Assembly (NCBI GenBank): GCA_945643825.1
Contig: CALZEZ010000001.1
Span: 1-25,078, forward strand
DNA length: 25,078 nucleotides
Source: an uncultured Lachnospiraceae bacterium
GTDB lineage: Bacteria; Bacillota; Clostridia; Lachnospirales; Lachnospiraceae
Direction: 5' to 3'
Positions 1 to 6,636 of this stretch are shown one piece after another. The position numbers and the translations under genes are program-made. Below the pieces are notes generated by a model that was not told the origin of the DNA, did no database searches, and saw nothing but the letters and a program-made list of their open reading frames with translations. The stretch's first letter is position 1. Every line of letters begins with the position of its first letter.

Positions 1-2
1 AG

Positions 3-152
3 CAGGCAGGGCACTACCTGCATGGTGAAACAGTTCCGGGAGATGCCGAAAATGGCTGGGTACTGGTCACTGTGGACGGCTTATCAATAGGCTGGGGTAA
101 ATGTGTGAACGGAGTAATAAAAAATCATTATCCAAAGGGGTTACGTCGATGA
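3..152 (+). CDS. rsmF: 3' end (partial) of RsmF/NOL1/NOP2/Sun-family rRNA cytosine-C5 methyltransferase
   Basis: The frame starting at base 3 reads QAGHYLHGETVPGDAENGWVLVTVDGLSIGWGKCVNGVIKNHYPKGLRR* with TGA at 150-152. The GW.LV.VDG..IGWGK...G.IKNHYPKGLR pattern is the typical C-terminus of Firmicute RsmF-like proteins. Only about 49 codons are visible and the ORF track misses it. Confidence 0.75.
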   Translation, partial: QAGHYLHGETVPGDAENGWVLVTVDGLSIGWGKCVNGVIKNHYPKGLRR

Positions 153-529
153 GAACACAGAATATGGAAGAATTATTTCAATGGACAAAAGCATTATGCG
201 CATATGCAGGAGTTGATGATAACTTTGCAGCTTCCTTTTGGGAACGTATTATTAGAAGGGATGCGATTCTGAAGGAGTATCAGTATTTCTATGAGCACGA
301 AAACTTTCTTTGTGAATATAAGATAGAAGGAGTCTCTGTGATAGATATTATGATCTGGCAGATTGACCATTTTAAGGCTGAGCTGGATAGAGACAGTGTC
401 ATGCGGACAAATAAGGATTATATGGTACTTATGGCATTTGATACCTTTCTTAAGATGGAGGAGAATCCAACAGAGCTTCTGACAAAGATGAAGGAACAGA
501 CTGGAACCGATTATCCGGGGAAGTTCTGA
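149..529 (+). CDS. Hypothetical protein, 126 aa
   Basis: ATG at 149 overlaps the upstream TGA (ATGA), so the start is placed here rather than at 101. The product looks globular and helical (MRTQNMEELFQW...TGTDYPGKF). No family recognised. Confidence 0.75.
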   Translation: MRTQNMEELFQWTKALCAYAGVDDNFAASFWERIIRRDAILKEYQYFYEHENFLCEYKIEGVSVIDIMIWQIDHFKAELDRDSVMRTNKDYMVLMAFDTFLKMEENPTELLTKMKEQTGTDYPGKF

Positions 530-541
530 GTGATCAGAAGC

Positions 542-877
542 TTACTCCAGATCTAACAGCTTATGAATGGCAGCCTGATGTTCCGGGTGAGCACGATACT
601 GTTTTATCAGTTCCAGCTCAAAAAGTGTTGGCTGCGGTAGCTGTGCCTGCCTCGGTTCATAGCCGAAGGTCGACAGGATATCATCAATGTGATAGATTTT
701 GCACAGTCGTAGTAGTGTGTCTGCATCAGGCTGTGCCTGACCGGACTCCCAACCGTAGATGGTTTTCTCGGCAACAGCAATATTTTGTGAGGACAGCAGC
801 TCGGATACCTGTGCTACTGTCAGATTGTTTTGCTTGCGATATATTTTTAATGCATGTGAAATCTTTTCGTTTTTCAT
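542..877 (-). CDS. XRE-family helix-turn-helix transcriptional regulator, 111 aa
   Basis: LKIYRKQNNLTVAQVSELL...KTIYGWESGQAQPDADTLLRLCKIYHI is a classic HTH_XRE pattern. ATG at 877 is preceded by AAAGGTG; an alternative in-frame ATG lies at 892. No S24 autopeptidase domain is visible. Confidence 0.9.
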   Translation of the reverse strand: MKNEKISHALKIYRKQNNLTVAQVSELLSSQNIAVAEKTIYGWESGQAQPDADTLLRLCKIYHIDDILSTFGYEPRQAQLPQPTLFELELIKQYRAHPEHQAAIHKLLDLE

Positions 878-931
878 AAGACACCTTTTCATTAAACATC
901 TTTTCTGCAAGAGTTAGCTCGTCATACAATC

Positions 932-960
932 ATCATAGGCAGTGAGGAGTTAGAAGTCAA
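932..960 (-). promoter_or_regulatory. Sigma-A promoter for the XRE gene (leftward)
   Basis: Minus strand TTGACT (960-955), 17-nt spacer, TATGAT (937-932). Confidence 0.7.
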
Positions 961-962
961 AC

Positions 963-984
963 AATTCTCATTGTTTGAGAATAT
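963..984. promoter_or_regulatory. Candidate operator O1 (AATTCTCATTGTTTGAGAATAT)
   Basis: Contains the inverted repeat ATTCTCA-N5-TGAGAAT (964-982). It overlaps a second perfect palindrome, TCAAACAAT-N4-ATTGTTTGA (957-978), which covers the leftward -35. Confidence 0.6.
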
Positions 985-990
985 TGGAGA

Positions 991-1019
991 TTGAAATTCT
1001 TTTCTTCCGAGAATATAAT
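991..1019 (+). promoter_or_regulatory. Sigma-A promoter for the small HTH gene (rightward)
   Basis: TTGAAA (991-996), 17-nt spacer, TATAAT (1014-1019): near-consensus. Confidence 0.8.
995..1016. promoter_or_regulatory. Candidate operator O2 (AATTCTTTTCTTCCGAGAATAT)
   Basis: 16/22 identical to O1 with the same ATTCT-N9-AGAAT geometry. It lies 32 bp downstream of O1 and fills the -35/-10 spacer of the rightward promoter. Confidence 0.55.
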
Positions 1020-1053
1020 GGAAAATAATGACAGGAAGGAAAGGATATATGCC

Positions 1054-1251
1054 ATGGCGCTGGATTTGACGAATCGAATTGCAAAATATATGCGGGACAA
1101 CCATATAAGCGTAGCGCGTGTGGCCAAGGATACGGAAATTCCTGTCTCAAAATTGCAATTTGGCACTTCTTTGAAGCTGGATAGTGAGGAATTTCTGGTT
1201 CTATGCAGATATTTGCAGCTTCGTCCTGAGGTAATTGAGAGCCTGGAATGA
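1054..1251 (+). CDS. Small Cro/C1-like HTH protein, 65 aa
   Basis: RIAKYMRDNHISVARVAKDTEIPVSKL...LDSEEFLVLCRYLQL resembles Cro/C1-type HTH proteins. RBS AAGGA precedes ATG 1054; the upstream start codons (991, 1018) fall inside the promoter boxes. Confidence 0.75.
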   Translation: MALDLTNRIAKYMRDNHISVARVAKDTEIPVSKLQFGTSLKLDSEEFLVLCRYLQLRPEVIESLE

Positions 1252-1292
1252 TTTTGTCGATGTTCTTTTGACATGGACAGCATGGCTTTCTC

Positions 1293-1322
1293 TTGTCTAT
1301 TCCCCTAAGTTTATGGTAGAAT
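1293..1322 (+). promoter_or_regulatory. Probable promoter for the sseB-like gene
   Basis: TTGTCT (1293-1298), 18-nt spacer, extended -10 TGgTAGAAT (1314-1322). Confidence 0.5.
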
Positions 1323-1361
1323 ACCCTTATTAATATTGTTATGAGAAAGGGAATCTGACCA

Positions 1362-2291
1362 ATGGAACAGAATAATATCATAAATAATTCCGAACTGGAA
1401 ATGGCCGTACAGACCTTTGCAAAGGAGCAGAACAAGGAAAATCTTGCAAAGCTTATGGCGTTGATGCACACTGCAAGACTCCTTGTACCGGCTGTTTTTC
1501 CGTCGGACATGGATATGAGTCTTCTTGAGAATATGCCGCAGGGAGAGCCTACCAAAATTCCGGAGGGCGTTAAGCTTCTGCCGGCTGTATTAAGAAATCC
1601 GGATGGAGATGGCTTCTTTCCGGCTTTTACAGGAAAGGAGCAGATTCCGGAGAATCAGAAATACCCGGCGATTCTTCTTCTGTCTTATGTAGAAATCAGA
1701 AACATGATTGATAAATCAAACGGGCAGATTAAGGCAATGGTGGTGAATCCGTTTACGGATAATCTCATTTTAAATCCTGCTTTTCTGGAAGCTACCAAGC
1801 GTGCTGAGGCAGAGGCACCCAAGCAGATTAAGATGTCAATTCCGCAGTTTCATCATGTGATCCGCCTGCAAGTGGAACGGACCATTCTGCCTGCGCTTCT
1901 TGCGACCGATACGGCTTCTTCCATGGAGAAGCTTGCAGCTGAGCCGGAAAAATTCGTTTATGCATTGTTTGACAAGGCGTATGAACCGGGGAGTGTTGCG
2001 AATCCATATAGAGTGAGTGATTTTTCGTCCATGGTGCTGGATATCAGTGACACGATGCAGTACATTGCAATCAGAATGCCAGCTAAAAATATGGCGAAGG
2101 GGGTCTGCCGTAACATATATGTCGCATACAATCCACAGACAGGTCGCCAGGCCTATTACGTGGCTATTCAGGCTGAAGGTCGAAAGATTTCACTCGTGGA
2201 AATCAAAGGACCGAGTGAGATTGTGGATCTGGGCGATGCTCCCGGTGAAGGAGAAGAGATTCGTCGTATCATGGAGGCGTTCGAACAGTAG
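1362..2291 (+). CDS. SseB-family domain protein with an uncharacterised C-terminal domain, 309 aa
   Basis: The N-terminal ~145 aa carry the SseB-like pattern LLVP...LLPAVLRNPDGDGFFPAFT..EQIP...AMVVNPFTDNLIL. The C-terminal half was not assigned. Confidence 0.75.
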   Translation: MEQNNIINNSELEMAVQTFAKEQNKENLAKLMALMHTARLLVPAVFPSDMDMSLLENMPQGEPTKIPEGVKLLPAVLRNPDGDGFFPAFTGKEQIPENQKYPAILLLSYVEIRNMIDKSNGQIKAMVVNPFTDNLILNPAFLEATKRAEAEAPKQIKMSIPQFHHVIRLQVERTILPALLATDTASSMEKLAAEPEKFVYALFDKAYEPGSVANPYRVSDFSSMVLDISDTMQYIAIRMPAKNMAKGVCRNIYVAYNPQTGRQAYYVAIQAEGRKISLVEIKGPSEIVDLGDAPGEGEEIRRIMEAFEQ

Positions 2292-2346
2292 GAGGGTGAA
2301 TTGCGTATATTAATCTTAGCAAGTATTAGAGAGGTTAGTGTGAAAT

Positions 2347-3090
2347 ATGACATTTAAACGAATAGATGACAGCACGATCCGCTGCATTGTGACAGAAGAA
2401 GATCTGGAAGAGAACGGTCTGGAACTGGATGACTTTTTTACACAGTCTGATAAGGCACAGGATTTTCTGAGGGATATAGTGGAACAGGCAGCAAGAGAGG
2501 TCGGCTATGAGACACATCAGGGTATGGTGTCGCTACAGCTTATGCCGTTGCCGAATCATGCTCTGGCAATTACCTTTTCTGAGGTTGAGTCAGATGATCT
2601 TCATACGATGGTAGAGAGTATTCGAGATCTGATACAGGATGTGAAGGAGAAGGTGAAGAAGAAAGGTGTGCTGCAGGATGGAGATGCTCTGCATCGTGAA
2701 GAAATGACCACAAATGTGGCCAATGCACCGGTCGAAAATGTAGAAAAGAAAGCTCCTGTGAAGAAAGCTTCTGCGGAGAAGGCTCATGCGCAGCAGGCAC
2801 AAATGCGTATGTTTGCTTTTGTGAATCTGCGCTATGTGATTCAGTTTGCAAGGATATGCACCGACAAAAATCCGATAGAGAGCACATTGTATCTGGACAA
2901 AGAGCAGAAGCTGTATTATCTGCTTTTGGAGAAGGGTAGGCTGTCTGTGAAACGCTTCAATGTGCTGTGCACCAATGCTACGGAATTCAGCACTTATATA
3001 CAGAATGGAGAACAGATGCTGCCCTATCTGGAGGAGCATGGAGAGAAGCTGATTGCACATCGGGCAGTAAAGGTTTTGGCGAAGCTGTGA
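2347..3090 (+). CDS. mecA: ClpC adaptor protein MecA family, 247 aa
   Basis: N-terminus MTFKRIDDSTIRCIVTEEDLEENGLELDDFF matches the MecA N-domain. An Ala/Lys-rich linker follows, then a C-domain (FAFVNLRYVIQFA...STLY...YYLLL...EFS...YLEEHGEKLIAHRAVKVL). Confidence 0.85.
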   Translation: MTFKRIDDSTIRCIVTEEDLEENGLELDDFFTQSDKAQDFLRDIVEQAAREVGYETHQGMVSLQLMPLPNHALAITFSEVESDDLHTMVESIRDLIQDVKEKVKKKGVLQDGDALHREEMTTNVANAPVENVEKKAPVKKASAEKAHAQQAQMRMFAFVNLRYVIQFARICTDKNPIESTLYLDKEQKLYYLLLEKGRLSVKRFNVLCTNATEFSTYIQNGEQMLPYLEEHGEKLIAHRAVKVLAKL

Positions 3091-3287
3091 TGAAGAAGAA
3101 TGATGCGACAACGCAGGCAAACTGCGATTATTGTTCCTATTATATGTACGATGAAGAGGATGAATCATATTACTGTGAGAAAGATCTGGATGAGGATGAA
3201 ATGTATCGTTTCTTGACAGGTGCATCCAGAGAGTGTCCGTATTTTCAGTACGGAGACGAATATCGCATTGTGAGACACCAAATGTAG
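3090..3287 (+). CDS. Small acidic Cys-rich protein (DUF6472-like), 65 aa
   Basis: ATG overlaps the mecA stop (TGATG). Sequence CDYC-x13-C-x19-CPYF...DEYRIVRHQM resembles the clostridial DUF6472 family as recalled; not searched. Confidence 0.75.
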   Translation: MKKNDATTQANCDYCSYYMYDEEDESYYCEKDLDEDEMYRFLTGASRECPYFQYGDEYRIVRHQM

Positions 3288-3301
3288 AGGAAGATTTTAG
3301 C

Positions 3302-4585
3302 ATGAACCTTGAATTGATGGTGTATTGGGTAATCCCATTCATGCTTTCGTTCCTGATTATTATCTCAGGAGTTTTTGAAATAATTAAATATTTTGCAATC
3401 TATTATCGTGTAGGGAAGGCGGAGCTGATCCTGAATGGAATGTTTGGCATAACCTTCGGTATCTGGTCTCTTGCTATTTTAGGAGGAAATGGACTATTTG
3501 CAGTAAGGATTATAAGCTTTATGCTCTTTCCGATTTTCTACGCGTTCTTTGTGGACAGAACACCTGTGGAACAAAACGGGATTCGCTGGCTGCAGAGGAT
3601 TCTCTTCTGTTACAGTATTGTGAGTATGCTGCTTTTGGGCATCATCCTTTATGTAGATGGATCAACTGCCTGTGCTTTTTGGAAGCTTGGATATGGAAAT
3701 ATTGTGTTTATCATGCTTATGGCGATGCCTGGGGTTGTTATTCAGAGAAAACGGGGACTACACGGCTGGATACGAATCCTTTCACGAGCCATACTTGTTA
3801 TTGGGATGAGTCTGGAGGCAATTTGCTTTTGGAAGGGACTGGAGCAGTTTGAGGGAATGGCTGCCCGGATTGCAACAGGGCTTTATCTATTGTTTTATAA
3901 TATCCATCTGGCTCAGGAGACAGGAGAACTGGTGCAGGAGCATATTGACAGCTCGCGGGCTCAGCTGGAGATACAGAGACAGCTTATGATGAATCAGATC
4001 AACCCTCACTTTATTTTCAATTCGTTGAATTGTATTCTTGCTCTGATCAGTAAAGAGCCGCAGGAGGCGCGTGATGCGATATATACCTTTGCAAAATATC
4101 TGAGGGCGAATTTTGACGCAATGGCATCCTATGGACTGATTCGGTTTGAACAGGAGCTGGTGCAGATACGTGCGTATCTTAAGCTTCAGCAGAAGAGATT
4201 TCCCGGGCAGATTAATGTATCGATGGATTTTGAGAGCACGGATTTTCTGATACCGGCACTTACGGTACAGCAGTTTATAGAAAATGCTGTCAGCTATGGT
4301 CTTAGCAGATGCAACAGAAACGGACGATTGTTTCTAAGAACAATTCTTCATCAAAGCAGTGTTGAAATACAAATACAGCTTGAGGGTGGCGGAATCCCCG
4401 GGATATCTGGACGGGAGAGACAGATGTTAGCTGAGAGAGCGGAGAGTGTACGACTCAGACTGTCGAAGCTGCCGCGAAGTGAGGTAGTGTGGGAGTGGAA
4501 GGACTCAGGGGAAGGGAATGTGATAATCACAATTCCTACAGATGAAAAGAGCATTGTGGAATATGAAAACAATAATTGTGGATGA
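3302..4585 (+). CDS. LytS/YehU-type membrane sensor histidine kinase with degenerate ATP-binding domain, 427 aa
   Basis: Several hydrophobic TM segments, then H-box QINPHFIFNSLN (His at 4007-4009) and N-box ENAVSYG. The G1 (DxGxG) and G2 (GxGL) boxes are not conserved. RBS GAGG precedes ATG 3302. Confidence 0.85.
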   Translation: MNLELMVYWVIPFMLSFLIIISGVFEIIKYFAIYYRVGKAELILNGMFGITFGIWSLAILGGNGLFAVRIISFMLFPIFYAFFVDRTPVEQNGIRWLQRILFCYSIVSMLLLGIILYVDGSTACAFWKLGYGNIVFIMLMAMPGVVIQRKRGLHGWIRILSRAILVIGMSLEAICFWKGLEQFEGMAARIATGLYLLFYNIHLAQETGELVQEHIDSSRAQLEIQRQLMMNQINPHFIFNSLNCILALISKEPQEARDAIYTFAKYLRANFDAMASYGLIRFEQELVQIRAYLKLQQKRFPGQINVSMDFESTDFLIPALTVQQFIENAVSYGLSRCNRNGRLFLRTILHQSSVEIQIQLEGGGIPGISGRERQMLAERAESVRLRLSKLPRSEVVWEWKDSGEGNVIITIPTDEKSIVEYENNNCG

Positions 4586-5351
4586 TGAGCCATTGGCACT
4601 GGATTTGTTTGAGATGGAGTGCCGTGACATGCCTGAAATCGAGATAATCGGGAGATTTACCCAGCCTGTGGATGCACTTGATTTTGCAAAAAAGCATCCG
4701 ATTGAGTTTGCAGTTCTGGATGTGGAAATGGCAGAGCTAAATGGTATTGAACTTGGCAAGAGATTGAAAGAGCTCTATCCGGAGCTGGTTTTGGTGTATG
4801 TGACAGGATACAGTCAGTACATAGTGGAAACGCTGAAAATAAAAGCAGATTATTGTATTATGAAGCCATATGACCACTATGATATAGAGGATCTGGTGCG
4901 AAGAGCAAAGCTGCTCTCGAGACGACAGGGGCACAGAATAAAAGTCCAGATGTTTGGACGCTTTAATATTTTCGTGGATGGTCAGGTGCTGCAGATCAGT
5001 AACACGAAAGCCAGAGAGCTCCTTGCTCTATGCTTTGACCATAAGGGTGGCATCGTGACTATGGAAGAGGCAATTGACAAGCTTTGGCCAGACAGAGACT
5101 ATGATGAAAGAGTCAAGCGCCTGTATCGCAAGGCGATTATTTCCATACAGAAAGCGTTAAGAGAGGCTGATTGCCGTAATGTATTTGAAACCGGACGAGG
5201 GTGCTGCTACATAAAACCTGAGCAGGTTGACTGTGACTATTATCAATATCTGGAGAATCCCGAGGCACAAAAGGACCAGTTTACCGGAGAATACCTGTTT
5301 GATTATGACTGGGGTGAGGAAACTTTGGCAAATTTTTATGATTTTGACTGA
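4563..5351 (+). CDS. Response regulator, REC plus SARP-type winged-helix output, 262 aa
   Basis: REC has DD (VDDE), phosphoacceptor D53 (VLDVEM), T (VTGY) and KP intact. C-terminus VQMFGRFNIFVDG...KARELLALCF...EEAIDKLWPD is of the SARP/OmpR wHTH type. It overlaps the sensor's 3' end by 23 nt. Confidence 0.9.
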   Translation: MKTIIVDDEPLALDLFEMECRDMPEIEIIGRFTQPVDALDFAKKHPIEFAVLDVEMAELNGIELGKRLKELYPELVLVYVTGYSQYIVETLKIKADYCIMKPYDHYDIEDLVRRAKLLSRRQGHRIKVQMFGRFNIFVDGQVLQISNTKARELLALCFDHKGGIVTMEEAIDKLWPDRDYDERVKRLYRKAIISIQKALREADCRNVFETGRGCCYIKPEQVDCDYYQYLENPEAQKDQFTGEYLFDYDWGEETLANFYDFD

Positions 5352-5352
5352 G

Positions 5353-5388
5353 TCGGTGGCAAATCGGTAGCACTTCCTGTGCTATGAT
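5353..5388 (+). promoter_or_regulatory. Activator-type promoter: direct repeat plus extended -10
   Basis: TCGGTGGCA (5353-5361) and TCGGTAGCA (5364-5372) have an 11-bp period and cover the expected -35 position. TGcTATGAT lies at 5380-5388. There is no consensus -35. Confidence 0.6.
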
Positions 5389-5433
5389 GCTTTCGAAAAG
5401 TCCAAAATAAGTAAAAGGGGAAGGGCTTAAGGG

Positions 5434-5485
5434 AAGTGATAGAAGAGTTTGAGAAACAGGGGAACTCTTCTATCACTTTGTTTTT
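5434..5485 (+). terminator. Intrinsic terminator-like hairpin overlapping the predicted DUF3810 start
   Basis: Perfect 16-bp stem AAGTGATAGAAGAGTT (5434-5449) / AACTCTTCTATCACTT (5463-5478) with a 13-nt loop, followed by TGTTTTT. Confidence 0.7.
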
Positions 5486-6596
5486 GATTATGACTGTTTA
5501 TTTGATTCTTTTTCTGGTTATCAGCTTCATAAATGTTATTGCATGGACGAGCTCTGGATTTGCAGACTGGTATGTGAGTCATGTTTTTCCTCTGTGGGGA
5601 GAGACATATGGACGATTAACTGGTCTTTTCCCTTTTTCAGTCGGTGAGTGGATGCTCTATGGCTTTGTGGTGCTTCTTTTCTTTTCCGCGGTGGCTGCGG
5701 TTATTCTTGGAATACGTTTCTTAATCAGGCGGGCGAAACCGGGACGCTTTTTTTTGCGTTTCTATAGAGGCGTTGCATGGTTGCTTCTTGTTGTTTATTT
5801 AATCATGACACTCAATTGTCTGATTTTGTATCATACAAATCCATTTGCAGACAAAATTCTGCCGGAGGAAACGGCAAGGGATTATACGGTGGAGGAACTG
5901 ATCCAACTGAGAAACAGACTTGTGACACAGGCAAACGAGCTGTGTGAACAGATGGAACGCGATGAGAATGGAGCTGTGATCTACAATGGAGATGCTAAGG
6001 CACAGGCTGTTTCTCAAATGCAGAGGCTGGGAGAGGAGATTGTGCAGCTACAGGGTTACTATCCCAATCCGAAGGGGCTTTTCTTTTCCGGCTTTTTTAG
6101 TCAGCAGTATATTCTGGGCTATTATTTCCCTTTTTCAATGGAGGCAAACTATAACACACAGATGTATATCATGAATGAACCTGCGACTTTCTGTCATGAG
6201 CTTTCACACCTGAAGGGAGTTCTTTTTGAGGATGACGCGAACTTTATCAGCTATCTGGCGTGCAGTACGTCAGATGATAAGTTTTTCCAATATAGTGCTG
6301 TTCTCAGTGTGCTGGGATATGTAGATGAAGCGTTTTTTGAGAGTCTCTCGGAGAATGTAGAGTTGTATTATCAGTATCCCTTGATTTCGGAGCAGGTTTG
6401 TAAGGACTCGGTTTTCCTGACAGAAGAGGCATGGGCAGCTGTGGAAGAGAATGCTATTTTGTCTACGGAGACCGTATCAAAGGCCTCACATGCCTTTCTG
6501 GATACAAATCTGACCCTGAATGGTGTGGAAGAGGGAATTGCCAGCTATGGAAATGTTGTGTGGTTACTTTTAAGGTATTATGATACAATGGATTAG
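5436..6596 (+). CDS. DUF3810-family membrane-anchored putative zinc metallopeptidase
   Basis: N-terminal TM helices, LTGLFPFSVGE, YFPFSMEANYN and HELSHLKGVLFEDDANFISYLAC (HExxH plus downstream E). The start is uncertain: GTG 5436 lies within a hairpin, and ATG 5490 is an alternative. Confidence 0.85.
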   Translation: MIEEFEKQGNSSITLFLIMTVYLILFLVISFINVIAWTSSGFADWYVSHVFPLWGETYGRLTGLFPFSVGEWMLYGFVVLLFFSAVAAVILGIRFLIRRAKPGRFFLRFYRGVAWLLLVVYLIMTLNCLILYHTNPFADKILPEETARDYTVEELIQLRNRLVTQANELCEQMERDENGAVIYNGDAKAQAVSQMQRLGEEIVQLQGYYPNPKGLFFSGFFSQQYILGYYFPFSMEANYNTQMYIMNEPATFCHELSHLKGVLFEDDANFISYLACSTSDDKFFQYSAVLSVLGYVDEAFFESLSENVELYYQYPLISEQVCKDSVFLTEEAWAAVEENAILSTETVSKASHAFLDTNLTLNGVEEGIASYGNVVWLLLRYYDTMD

Positions 6597-6636
6597 ACGC
6601 TTTGTCACACGATGGATAATGTGTTAGGAGACCAAA

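Noticed and set aside
524-539. TTCTGA-GTGA-TCAGAA hairpin between convergent genes
   Set aside because: Only a 6-bp AT-rich stem with no U-tract; too weak to call a terminator.
911-953. GAGTTAG direct repeat (911, 947) around the leftward promoter
   Set aside because: A 7-bp match with no symmetry and no resemblance to O1/O2; compatible with chance.
542-1251. Prophage or ICE call for the XRE/Cro pair
   Set aside because: No integrase, att-like repeats, or structural, replication or conjugation genes are visible; the flanks are ordinary chromosomal genes.
1268-1273. Perfect TTGACA
   Set aside because: No -10-like hexamer 16-18 nt downstream.
968-1555. 195-aa minus-strand ORF
   Set aside because: Overlaps two better-supported plus-strand genes and their promoters; the composition is not protein-like.
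2590-3342. 250-aa minus-strand ORF
   Set aside because: Antisense to mecA and the Cys-rich gene; no recognisable domain.
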